From: Minisyncoccota bacterium
GTDB taxonomy: Bacteria > Patescibacteriota > Minisyncoccia > Phycocordibacterales > UBA5272
Assembly (NCBI GenBank): GCA_018062965.1
Contig: JAGORG010000004.1
Span: forward strand, 15,055-79,054
Length of the DNA stretch: 64,000 nucleotides
Direction: 5' to 3'
The notes under the pieces are model-generated. The model was not told the origin of the DNA, searched no databases, and worked only from the letters and a program-made list of their open reading frames with translations. A program made the position numbers and the translations under genes. Numbering within the stretch: the stretch's first letter is position 1; each line of letters starts with the position of its first letter. Below, in pieces: positions 20,719 through 29,688 of this stretch.

Positions 20719-22212
20719 TTATTTCGCCTGCGTGCTGTATGTTTCAAGTGCGAGCTTGAGATCTGCTTCAATAGCGTCGTCCCATCCGCCTTCAATCTTT
20801 TCAAGAAGTGCCCCTTCTTTTTCTTGCATGTGTGTATGCATACCAGATTCCCATGTACCGATATCTGTAACCGCAACAGTATCAAGAAAACCATTGTTTA
20901 CTGCGTACACAGAAGCAACCTGTAACCCGACACGAAGTGGAGACCCTTGTGCTTGCTTCAACATTTCAGCTGTTCGCTTGCCGCGTTCAATCGTTCGTTT
21001 TGTATCAACATCAAGATCAGAGTCAAACTGCGCAAATGATTCTAGTTCACGATACTGCGCCATGGCGAGCTTCATTTTGCCGGCGTTTTTCTTCATCGCC
21101 TTTGACTGTGCAGACCCTCCCACACGAGATACCGAAAGACCAACATCAATCGCTGGACGCATACCTTTATAAAAAAGATTGGCATCCAAGAAAATCTGTC
21201 CGTCAGTAATCGAAATCACGTTTGTCGGAACGTATGCCGAAATATCCCCAGCCTGAGTTTCGATAATAGGAAGTGCGGTGATAGACCCTCCACCTGACGC
21301 TTCATTTCGACGACACGCACGTTCAAGTAATCGAGAGTGAAGATAAAACACATCCCCTGGATAGGCTTCACGTCCTGGTGGGCGCTTAAGAAGAAGTGAC
21401 ATTTCACGATACGCAATAGCATGCTTGGTCAAATCATCATAAACAACCAAAACATCTTTCTTTTTATTCATAAAATATTCAGCAACAGCAACCCCAGAGT
21501 ACGGTGCCAAAAATGAAAGTGCAGCGGACTTAGACGCTCCAGCAAGCACTACTACCGTATACTCCATCGCACCTGATGCTTTTAGCTTTTCAACGATCTG
21601 AGCAATCTTTGATTCTTTTTGGCCGATAGCAACATACACACAGATAACATCTTTTCCTTTTTGGTTGATGATAGTATCGATAGCAATCGTTGTCTTTCCT
21701 GTTTGTCTATCCCCGATGATGAGTTCACGCTGCCCACGACCAACAGGAATCATAGCGTCTATCGCTTTTACACCTGTTTGAAGCGGCTGATTAACTGGCT
21801 CACGAGACATAACACCGGGAGCAATTTTTTCTACAAGTTCTTTGTGTTTGTATTCAATTGCTTTACCTCCATCAAGTGCGTTCATGAGTGGGTCAACAAC
21901 ACGACCAAGAACGCCGTCTCCAACAGAAATCGCAAGCACATTCTCTGTTCTTCGCACTGTCTCCCCTTCAGAAACCATGTCTGCACCAGAAACAATAACC
22001 ACACCAACCATGTCAGTTTCTAGGTTAAGCGCTATACCTCGAGCACCGGATGCAAATGTTACCTCTTCCATCGATACAACACGAGAAAGTCCCGCAACAC
22101 GTGCAATACCATCTGATACAGATACAACAGTACCAATCTCCTGCTCTTGTACATCAGTTCCGAGATTATTTATTTTCTTTTCGAGATCTTTGATGATTGT
22201 TTCTACTGACAT
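20719..22212 (-). CDS. atpA: ATP synthase alpha chain.
   Basis: Walker A GDRQTGKT; length 497 aa. Confidence 0.95.
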   Translation of the reverse strand: MSVETIIKDLEKKINNLGTDVQEQEIGTVVSVSDGIARVAGLSRVVSMEEVTFASGARGIALNLETDMVGVVIVSGADMVSEGETVRRTENVLAISVGDGVLGRVVDPLMNALDGGKAIEYKHKELVEKIAPGVMSREPVNQPLQTGVKAIDAMIPVGRGQRELIIGDRQTGKTTIAIDTIINQKGKDVICVYVAIGQKESKIAQIVEKLKASGAMEYTVVVLAGASKSAALSFLAPYSGVAVAEYFMNKKKDVLVVYDDLTKHAIAYREMSLLLKRPPGREAYPGDVFYLHSRLLERACRRNEASGGGSITALPIIETQAGDISAYVPTNVISITDGQIFLDANLFYKGMRPAIDVGLSVSRVGGSAQSKAMKKNAGKMKLAMAQYRELESFAQFDSDLDVDTKRTIERGKRTAEMLKQAQGSPLRVGLQVASVYAVNNGFLDTVAVTDIGTWESGMHTHMQEKEGALLEKIEGGWDDAIEADLKLALETYSTQAK

Positions 22213-22217
22213 AGGTA

Positions 22218-22568
22218 TTATTGTTCTTGTATAAATTGTCTAATAATGGTTTTTGCTGATGCGTCGTATTCTTTGCTTTTGTATCGGGCGAGGAATCCTG
22301 CGAGGAGCGATGTGTTTTCTATTTCTCGAACTTCGGCCATATCGTTACCAACCATCCGCCGTATCGCCTGTACCCCTTTATCTCCAACAGGAAACGGAGA
22401 TTCGATAATGAGCGTATTTCTCTCATCATCTTTACGCTTAAGTGTATAAAGATGCTTGAGAACAAGCGGTAAAAGTGACGTAAGATTATGTTCCTTGAGG
22501 TAGGTAACTACACCCTCGACATGAATTGACTCTTTATGAAGTAACTGTGCAAGTGTGCGAGATAACAT
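22218..22568 (-). CDS. atpH: ATP synthase delta (OSCP) subunit, short form.
   Basis: Assigned by its position between atpF and atpA and by OSCP-like C-terminal helices. At 116 aa it is shorter than the canonical ~180 aa. Confidence 0.65.
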   Translation of the reverse strand: MLSRTLAQLLHKESIHVEGVVTYLKEHNLTSLLPLVLKHLYTLKRKDDERNTLIIESPFPVGDKGVQAIRRMVGNDMAEVREIENTSLLAGFLARYKSKEYDASAKTIIRQFIQEQ

Positions 22569-22571
22569 GGA

Positions 22572-23072
22572 TTATGAGCGTGCCACAGAAGCGACAATAG
22601 AGTCGTTGATGTCTTTAGTCATCGTGTCGCGAAGCGCTTTTTCAACAAGAGAAGCAACCAAAGCAGGAGCCTGTGCTCGAAGCTCTTTCTCACCGTCAGC
22701 ACGAGCTTTTTCTTTTTTGAGGGCTGCTTCTTGGACGAGATCATTTGCGTCACGTGTTGCTTTGTCTTTGATGTCAGCCGCGAGTAGTTCTGCTTTTTTA
22801 TAAGCATCGTTTACAATAGTGTGCGCTTCCACTTCTGCTTGCTTTACTATTACTTGCTTTTTTTCTTCAGCTTCACGCTTTGCGTGTCCTGCTTCTTGTG
22901 CGTCCAAGAGACCTTGCTTGACCAATTGATCTCGGTTGTCGATTGTAATTCCAATTTTCTTAAAGATAAAACGATTAAGAAGGTAGAGAATAATCAGAAA
23001 GTTCACAAAATTGGCAAGTGCTACATGCCAATTAAAACCAACACTTCCCAACATTTCTAAAATCGCTTGCAT
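22572..23072 (-). CDS. atpF: ATP synthase subunit b.
   Basis: Single N-terminal TM followed by a long charged coiled-coil (EAEEKKQ...). Confidence 0.85.
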   Translation of the reverse strand: MQAILEMLGSVGFNWHVALANFVNFLIILYLLNRFIFKKIGITIDNRDQLVKQGLLDAQEAGHAKREAEEKKQVIVKQAEVEAHTIVNDAYKKAELLAADIKDKATRDANDLVQEAALKKEKARADGEKELRAQAPALVASLVEKALRDTMTKDINDSIVASVARS

Positions 23073-23094
23073 AGGTTATGTGTCCTATAAGATA

Positions 23095-23313
23095 TTAACC
23101 AAGGAGGAAGAACGCAACGAGCGCAAAAATAGCAGTCGTTTCTGTCATCGCAATAGCAATAATCATCTTAGAAAAGAGTGACCCTTCGATATCTGGGTTA
23201 CGTCCGATTGCTTCCATAGTCTTACCTACGAGGTATCCTTGTCCGATAGCTGTTCCAACCATGGCGATAATCGTCATGCCTTTTGCTATATACATTGCTG
23301 CTTCTGGTGTCAT
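23095..23313 (-). CDS. atpE: ATP synthase subunit c.
   Basis: Two-helix hairpin with a conserved carboxylate (AMTETTAIFALV); 72 aa. Confidence 0.9.
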   Translation of the reverse strand: MTPEAAMYIAKGMTIIAMVGTAIGQGYLVGKTMEAIGRNPDIEGSLFSKMIIAIAMTETTAIFALVAFFLLG

Positions 23314-23414
23314 AAAATTAAAATAAAAGATGTTATCAATAAAAATCCGCCCTTAGGGCTTTGGTGTACAGTATACCAGAAACCTATCAATAATCCACAG
23401 CGCGTTTAACTAAA

Positions 23415-24242
23415 CTAGTGAGAATCCTTTCCTTCTTTTTTCAAGATGAGTGAGTAGTACACCGTGATAAGTGCTGTAAACACGATACCTTGCACAATAC
23501 CAACCAAAACCCCCATACCCATCCAAATAGCAGGCAAACCAAATGCAAACACACCGAGAAGCACCACCGTGAGCACTTCATGAGCAAACAGGTTTCCAAA
23601 CAAACGAAGTGATAGCGAAGCCATCTTTGCAAACTCAGAAATAATTTCAATCAAACCAACGAGGAACCCAACACAGGCAACCAATCCTGCTCCAAGACCT
23701 TTTCTGAAGCCCTGAATAACCTGCTTGATCTGAATAAAATGTGAAAGATATCCGAAAACACCCTGCTCTTTCATGCCAAAGTACTGCATAGCTAAAACAG
23801 CAGCGAGAGCCAGTCCAAATGTTGTATTAAAGTCAGTAGTCGCACCACGGAACAATTGAACATGCTCACCTGATTCAGTTGTAATATAAAAACTAGCAAT
23901 ACCAGGAATCATTGGAAGCAAGTTAGCAACTATCAGATACACCATAACAGCTCCCACATACGGAACTATTTTCTTTCCTTTTTCTTTACTACCAACAACA
24001 GATGAAACAAAACCAAGAATTGCTTCGTATACAATTTCAAAAAAGTGCTGAACTCTGTTTGGGATAAGCTTAAATCGAGCAACCACAAGCGCCACAACTG
24101 CAAATATGAGCCCAATCAATACAATCGTTGTTGTGGTATTTGCAATACTAAACACACCAACATCAGCAATGACATGTGATGCTATTGTAGGGATTTCTTC
24201 GTGTGCCTGATAAAACGGCGCAGCAACGTGAGCTTCGGTCAT
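23415..24242 (-). CDS. atpB: ATP synthase subunit a.
   Basis: Polytopic membrane protein with the conserved Arg region (SLSLRLFGNLFAHE). Confidence 0.9.
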   Translation of the reverse strand: MTEAHVAAPFYQAHEEIPTIASHVIADVGVFSIANTTTTIVLIGLIFAVVALVVARFKLIPNRVQHFFEIVYEAILGFVSSVVGSKEKGKKIVPYVGAVMVYLIVANLLPMIPGIASFYITTESGEHVQLFRGATTDFNTTFGLALAAVLAMQYFGMKEQGVFGYLSHFIQIKQVIQGFRKGLGAGLVACVGFLVGLIEIISEFAKMASLSLRLFGNLFAHEVLTVVLLGVFAFGLPAIWMGMGVLVGIVQGIVFTALITVYYSLILKKEGKDSH

Positions 24243-24310
24243 AACAATAATCGTTCGATTATATCATATATACAAAATGTATCATCAGGTCACGACGTCT
24301 TTTGTGAATC

Positions 24311-25135
24311 ATGCGTGATATACTTTTTGACATAGTCACACCATATCATTTTATACTCATGCAACGTATTACAACATTTTGGAAGTCACTCGTTAGAATC
24401 TGCAAAGACAAGCGCATCACAACACCTGAGATGATTCTTATTGGAGCGATTATTATTTCGCTTTCTATTTTGGCACATGGAGTTCTCATTCGAAATACTG
24501 TTCTCAAAGAACTTAGTGGTTACCTACAAGGAGCACCACAAGAACAAAACTCTCCTACACCCTTTACAGGTAAAGCTCCTGGTGAAAATGAGTACGTTTC
24601 TGGTCCGCGTGATAATGACGTATTTCTCATTGAGTACTCAGACACTGAATGTCCGTATTGTTTGAGTGTTTACCCAACAATAGACCTGTTGCAGCAACAA
24701 TATAAGGACGCAATTACATTTATCTATAGACATTTTCCGCTGACAAATATTCACCCTGGAGCATTTCCTGAGGCTGTAGCTATCACCTGTGCAGGAAATA
24801 TCGGTGGAGAAAAAAGATACTACGACTACATGAACGCGATGCTTTCATATAAGTACAACAGAAATGTGACGACCATCACCGAGGCTGAGCGTCTTTCATT
24901 TGCAACGAATCTTGGCATAGACAAAACGGCTTTCACAGCATGCCTTCAAAGCCAAGACGTAGCAAATAGTGTTGAAGCTTCTATAGCAGACGGTGTTAAA
25001 GCTGGTGTAAAAGGAACCCCTGCAACATATGTTGTCGTCAAGACAAAAAGCGGATACGAAGTGGTAGCAATGCTTGATGGGGCACAGCCATATGACTTGT
25101 TTAAGGTAGCTATTGACGAAGCGCTTTCAAGGTAA
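24311..25135 (+). CDS. DsbA-family thiol:disulfide oxidoreductase with an N-terminal membrane anchor.
   Basis: CPYC active site (YSDTECPYCLS) in a thioredoxin fold; TM helix MILIGAIIISLSILAHG. A terminator hairpin sits at 25149-25190. Confidence 0.8.
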   Translation: MRDILFDIVTPYHFILMQRITTFWKSLVRICKDKRITTPEMILIGAIIISLSILAHGVLIRNTVLKELSGYLQGAPQEQNSPTPFTGKAPGENEYVSGPRDNDVFLIEYSDTECPYCLSVYPTIDLLQQQYKDAITFIYRHFPLTNIHPGAFPEAVAITCAGNIGGEKRYYDYMNAMLSYKYNRNVTTITEAERLSFATNLGIDKTAFTACLQSQDVANSVEASIADGVKAGVKGTPATYVVVKTKSGYEVVAMLDGAQPYDLFKVAIDEALSR

Positions 25136-25314
25136 CAAAACTATACTACGTATACAAACAACAGAGTAGACAATGTGTCTACTCTGTTGTTCTTTACATA
25201 TGGCAAAAATAGGTATATTATTCGGGACGTAGGCAGTTAACACATATAACGATTCCCTACACAAGAGGAGCCACCTTTGGTGGTGTTGTACATTAGAATC
25301 GACGAGGAAAGAAC

Positions 25315-25716
25315 ATGATAGTTGTGGCAACCAATGAAACTCATCTGGTGAAGCTTTGTGATCTGTTTGCTCAAAGCCTGGAACAGGGCGGCGTACAAAT
25401 GCATGCGAACATTTCTGGTCTCACCTTGCCGGAGTACCTACTCCGAGGAAACCTTTCTGGCATCAGTGCCTCTGGTCAACGCTTTGCGTTTGAGGTGAAA
25501 AACCCTCAAAACCAACGTCTCCAGTTCGCTTTTGAACAAAGAGCCCTGTTTCCGCGCTTTCTTACTTGGGCAGAAACAGCTCAACAAGCAACCTGTGCAC
25601 CACTCATAATCCCTGCGATCTTCAAGTTCACGGGGGGTGTTGGGGAAAGTACGGGCGTCATGAAAATCTATAAAAATAAAACTGAGGATGCTGACAACCT
25701 GCCATTGGCAGCGTAA
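25315..25716 (+). CDS. Hypothetical protein.
   Basis: GAGGAAAG RBS before the ATG. An intrinsic terminator (GCGGGACATCTACGGATGCCCCGC + T7) sits at about 25733-25765. Confidence 0.55.
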   Translation: MIVVATNETHLVKLCDLFAQSLEQGGVQMHANISGLTLPEYLLRGNLSGISASGQRFAFEVKNPQNQRLQFAFEQRALFPRFLTWAETAQQATCAPLIIPAIFKFTGGVGESTGVMKIYKNKTEDADNLPLAA

Positions 25717-25874
25717 AGAAGCAATTGAAGCAAGCGCGGGACATCTACGGATGCCCCGCTTTTTTATATTCAAAAAGCACCACAATATTTGACATATATA
25801 TCTATTATGTGGTATAATGTATAGATAGGTTCCTTCACTTTTGAAGGGTAAACAATCAACTTTGGAGCAATCAA

Positions 25875-26744
25875 ATGTACCGAAAACTTGGCGCATTCAG
25901 CGTCTTTGTCTTTCTTGTGACCATGTGTGGGCTGGCTTTCTTTCTTGATAGCCTCACACTTGGTATTTCCGTAGGACTCATCACCGCAGCGTGTTTTACG
26001 CTCGCATGGACTGCACCTGTCGCCCTTTCCATCGCAATCAAGAACAATGAAAACTCTCTTGAGCGCTGGATTGGTATCGGAGCTGTCGCATTCAGCGGTT
26101 TGATGCTTGGTGCACTCTATCTGTGGTGTGAATGGGCCGGTTGGGTGCATAACACCCCTCGAGAGCACGGCATTACCTGGTATTCGACGGTTGCGCTCAT
26201 GGCAAACACAGCCATGTTCGTATTCCTGACAGCACTCCTGATGCTGTGGTACAAAGAGTGCCGTGAAAACCCTCGCGACCAACCACACTTTCCATTTGTG
26301 GTGGCAACACTGCCACTAGCGATCTTCCTCACCATTTCGGCGCAAGGCCCGTCTGTGGTTATCCTCAACATACTGTTTGCCACCGTGCAAATCGTAATTG
26401 CTTGGGTTTTCACACGACGAGGAGTTCGCATCCTCGTATCACTCATACCAAGTATCTACTTCTTTACTTCTGGTTGGTATTGGATTTACATCAAAACATC
26501 GTCTATCCCTGAGTTCATCTCAAGCGGCGACGCTGCACATCCGGGGATGGACCAGTTCCTCTCCTTTGGGCACTTTGTGCTCTTCGGAGCTGTACCACTT
26601 CTGCTCTCCATCGTATGGTTTGCGGCCTACAAGCCAAAGAAACCAGAAGATCAGGAATCGGATGAGGGTATTACACCCCTTATTCCGATCAACCCAGAAG
26701 ATCCCCCTTACAAAGGCAGGAATAGGAAGCGACTCTCGTCGTAA
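25875..26744 (+). CDS. Hypothetical polytopic membrane protein.
   Basis: Preceded by a consensus promoter (TTGACA 25789-25794, TATAAT 25813-25818) and a GGAG RBS. About 8 TM helices; moderately GC-enriched. A terminator hairpin sits at 26755-26785. Confidence 0.6.
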   Translation: MYRKLGAFSVFVFLVTMCGLAFFLDSLTLGISVGLITAACFTLAWTAPVALSIAIKNNENSLERWIGIGAVAFSGLMLGALYLWCEWAGWVHNTPREHGITWYSTVALMANTAMFVFLTALLMLWYKECRENPRDQPHFPFVVATLPLAIFLTISAQGPSVVILNILFATVQIVIAWVFTRRGVRILVSLIPSIYFFTSGWYWIYIKTSSIPEFISSGDAAHPGMDQFLSFGHFVLFGAVPLLLSIVWFAAYKPKKPEDQESDEGITPLIPINPEDPPYKGRNRKRLSS

Positions 26745-26780
26745 CCTACCCGCAACAATCGCCCTCAACCGAGGGCGATT

Positions 26781-27233
26781 TTATATGTCTTTTTTTACTT
26801 CATCTGCATGTACAGCGGATTTTACTTGTTCGTATATTTTTGCGATACTCCCCTTTTCATCAATAAGAAAACTCATACGATCGATTCCCACATATTCACG
26901 CCCCATGAACTTCTTTAATTTCCACACACCGTAACTTTTGATAACGTCAGTACTTTCATCTGATAGTAGCGGAAACTGAAGAGAAAACTTATCTGCAAAT
27001 TTCTTGTGACTTTTTACAGAGTCTTTGCTCATACCCAAAATAACTAGCCCACTATCTGCAAATGACGTGTACCCATCACGAAAGTTACACGCTTCGGTAG
27101 TACATCCTGGTGTATCATCTTTTGGATAGAAATAGAGCAGCACCTTTTTACCTTTGTATTGGTCAAGCCTGTGCAGTACACCGTCTTGATCTGGAAGAGA
27201 AAATGATGGAGCAACGTCTCCGACTTTTAGCAT
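26781..27233 (-). CDS. bcp: Peroxiredoxin (Bcp / AhpC-TSA family).
   Basis: The Bcp-type active site is in PKDDTPGCTTEAC. Confidence 0.85.
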   Translation of the reverse strand: MLKVGDVAPSFSLPDQDGVLHRLDQYKGKKVLLYFYPKDDTPGCTTEACNFRDGYTSFADSGLVILGMSKDSVKSHKKFADKFSLQFPLLSDESTDVIKSYGVWKLKKFMGREYVGIDRMSFLIDEKGSIAKIYEQVKSAVHADEVKKDI

Positions 27234-27251
27234 ATCCTCAGTATACCATTG

Positions 27252-28376
27252 CTAAATAGTGTGGCCATGAGTATGCGCATGGGTATGCTTTTCTGTATGT
27301 CCATACATAAGCCACACAGCAATCAGTGTGGTTAATGGCACAGCAGCGAGTAGCCCTATTGAGCCGACAATAGCTCGAATGATTTCAGTAGCGATTGCTT
27401 CACGGTTGATGAGTTCTATCACTGGTGCTGTTGATGTATACAAAAGTAAAACAAGTGGAAGCGAAGCACCGGTATACGCAAGGATAAGTGTATTGATAAC
27501 TGCACCCATATGATCCTTGCCAACCTTGAGAGCTTTTATGTAGAGTGTCCTACGAGAATAGGCAGGATTTGCAGCGTGAAGCTCATGTACAACAGATGCT
27601 TGCGTGATAGCTATATCATCAATCACCCCAATCACCCCAATAATAATTCCACCTATAAGGAGTGCTACAAAATCTAGCCGGCCGCTAGTTGCTAGGTTGA
27701 GATACACACTCTCTTCGCTTGCAAACCCAGTCAATCGCGCAGCCGTCACTGCGTACTGTGCCAAGAGTATTGTTACAAAGACTGAAGCAGAACAACCCAA
27801 AAATGCAGAGACCGTAAGTCGTGAACGGCCATGTGTCACAAACATAACAATAAAGAGCGAAACAAGCGCCGCAACCGTTGCAACAAGAACAACACTATCT
27901 GTTGTGAGTAACTTAGGAAACAAAAATGTAAACACTCCTCCAAAAGAAATAGCCAGTGCAACGAGTGCTAAAAAGCCTTGTTTACCTCCAAAAAGAAGGA
28001 CACAGACCACAAATAACCCGAGAAGCCATATAAGCACTGGTATACGATACGGCTCTTGAACGCTAAAATATTCTGTACCATCAAATGTTTTGAGGTAGCT
28101 AAGATACAACATATCTCCTACCTGTATTTCAAAAACACTTTCTTCTATGGTTTTAGTCGCTCCAACATATGGACCATCCAAAATAACAACTTCGAGTTTT
28201 TTTGGGTGTGCTGTGGTAAGCGATTGTTCACCACCTCTTGGTTCGAGCAGCGTTACAGATGTGACTTTTGCTTTATAAATAGCTTGAACTTCTGTAACAG
28301 ATTGAGTTTGCGCATAAGCAAATCCAAAAAAAGTAACAGCAAGTGAAACAAGTACAGCTAAGCGCAGTTTTTGCAT
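27252..28376 (-). CDS. YibE/F-family membrane protein with a His-rich C-terminal tail.
   Basis: Signal/TM segment, a soluble N-domain, then multiple TM helices. The C-terminus is HTEKHTHAHTHGHTI. It overlaps the 3' end of the upstream Fur-family gene, so the two are probably co-transcribed. Confidence 0.75.
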   Translation of the reverse strand: MQKLRLAVLVSLAVTFFGFAYAQTQSVTEVQAIYKAKVTSVTLLEPRGGEQSLTTAHPKKLEVVILDGPYVGATKTIEESVFEIQVGDMLYLSYLKTFDGTEYFSVQEPYRIPVLIWLLGLFVVCVLLFGGKQGFLALVALAISFGGVFTFLFPKLLTTDSVVLVATVAALVSLFIVMFVTHGRSRLTVSAFLGCSASVFVTILLAQYAVTAARLTGFASEESVYLNLATSGRLDFVALLIGGIIIGVIGVIDDIAITQASVVHELHAANPAYSRRTLYIKALKVGKDHMGAVINTLILAYTGASLPLVLLLYTSTAPVIELINREAIATEIIRAIVGSIGLLAAVPLTTLIAVWLMYGHTEKHTHAHTHGHTI

Positions 28377-28792
28377 AGGCCGTAAATTTCCATTGAGTGT
28401 GTAGTTGTGTGTTTAAACTTTTTAGACTTCTTGATCATCTTTTTGACGACATCATCAATAGATACGCCTTCGATTTTTTCAATTGTTTCGCAACTGCCGC
28501 AAACAAGCTGATGTGAAGCTCGTCCTGTTTCTAGTTCGTAGTGGGCGTGTCCATGGTTAAAATCAAGACGACGCAAGAGTCCAGCTTCGTGAAGGGAGTT
28601 TAGATTACGATATACAGTTGCTTGGTCGATGTTTTCTTTTTTGCGAAGCGTATCAACAAGCTCATATACAGTAATTGGGGTTTTGACTTTTGCCACAGTT
28701 GCCAAAACCATCAAACGATGATCAGTCACACGAAGCCCAGCCCCTTGAAGGAGTGCCGTGAGGTCGTCTTTTGAGTATGTTGCCATAATATA
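28358..28792 (-). CDS. zur: Fur-family metalloregulator, probably Zur.
   Basis: Fur DNA-binding helix (RLMVLATVAKVKTPITVYEL), an H...HYE metal site, and a C-terminal CxxC...CxxC (CGSCETIE...CKNC). Confidence 0.8.
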   Translation of the reverse strand, partial: YIMATYSKDDLTALLQGAGLRVTDHRLMVLATVAKVKTPITVYELVDTLRKKENIDQATVYRNLNSLHEAGLLRRLDFNHGHAHYELETGRASHQLVCGSCETIEKIEGVSIDDVVKKMIKKSKKFKHTTTHSMEIYGLCKNCA

Positions 28793-28828
28793 CCTAGTAT
28801 ACCACGATAGAAGCATCTGTTCCACTAC

Positions 28829-28845
28829 ATGCAAAGCATTTGCAT
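28829..28845. promoter_or_regulatory. Candidate Zur/Fur operator: 7-3-7 palindrome ATGCAAA-gca-TTTGCAT.
   Basis: A perfect inverted repeat in the 88-bp divergent region between zur (minus) and the ZIP transporter (plus). The half-site TTTGCAT recurs upstream of the G3E GTPase gene at about 29585-29594. Confidence 0.4.
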
Positions 28846-28879
28846 TGCACAAAAGAAGGCCGTAGAGTAGACTGTATAT

Positions 28880-29557
28880 ATGGACATACTTATAGATCAG
28901 CAGTTTATGTTTACATTACTGAGTGCGAGTGCGCTTCCTTTTTTGGCGATACTTGCTCTTGTGCTCCGACGAAATCTCTTTAAAGGACGATGGAAAAATG
29001 TCTTTCTTGTTTTAGGGCTTGCTCTCCTTGGTTTTGCTGTATACGAAACACTTCACGAACATGGTGGAGAGCTGACATGGGGAGACGGACTGATTGGTAT
29101 TGTTACCGCATCTGTTACTGTATATATTCTTTCTCGGTTTAATCACGGGCACAGCCATGCCAAGGAGGCGTATGGTGCAAAAGGTATAGCTATAAGTGAA
29201 GCATTTCACTCACTCTTAGACGGTGCAGTTATCGGCTCAAGTTATCTTGTGAATCCCCTTTTGGGATATGCAGCTACTGTTGGGATTATTACACACGAAC
29301 TGCCAAAAATCGTTGGTACCATAACTGTATTTAGATCTCTTGGTTTGTCTATCAAACAAACTATTATGTACGGCGTCTTTGCACAAATTGGGTCTCCTGT
29401 TGCTGCGGTGCTTGTTTATATACTTGGAGCACGCTTTTCTCATGAGGACTTCCAGGCTTTTGAAATAGCCTCTATTTCATCTTTAGGCGCTATAGTACTT
29501 TGGATTATTTATCTAGAGATTCGATTTCACACAAAACACGATAAGCATACTCACTAA
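28880..29557 (+). CDS. zupT: ZIP-family divalent metal (zinc) transporter.
   Basis: Conserved ZIP helices IV and V with HSLLDG and GIITHELPK; His-rich loop (NHGHSHAKE) and tail (HTKHDKHTH). Confidence 0.8.
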   Translation: MDILIDQQFMFTLLSASALPFLAILALVLRRNLFKGRWKNVFLVLGLALLGFAVYETLHEHGGELTWGDGLIGIVTASVTVYILSRFNHGHSHAKEAYGAKGIAISEAFHSLLDGAVIGSSYLVNPLLGYAATVGIITHELPKIVGTITVFRSLGLSIKQTIMYGVFAQIGSPVAAVLVYILGARFSHEDFQAFEIASISSLGAIVLWIIYLEIRFHTKHDKHTH

Positions 29558-29688
29558 ATATATATGGTTTATATCTGCGAGTTATTTGCATATAGGCGTA
29601 TATATATGCTAGGATAACCAACGTACCGTACCACCTTTTGGTGTAGTACTTTGTTCATTGTTTCAAACCATTTAGAGAGGTTCCCGTT

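Noticed and set aside
22218-22568. Calling the 116-aa ORF something other than ATP synthase delta, for example a hypothetical protein.
   Set aside because: Its position between atpF and atpA is invariant in atpBEFHAGDC operons, so it was kept as a short atpH with reduced confidence.
25438-26446. Minus-strand ORFs (152, 172 and 109 aa) opposite the 25875-26744 membrane-protein gene.
   Set aside because: They are antisense frames with no RBS or motifs. The plus-strand gene has a promoter, an RBS, a TM pattern and a terminator.
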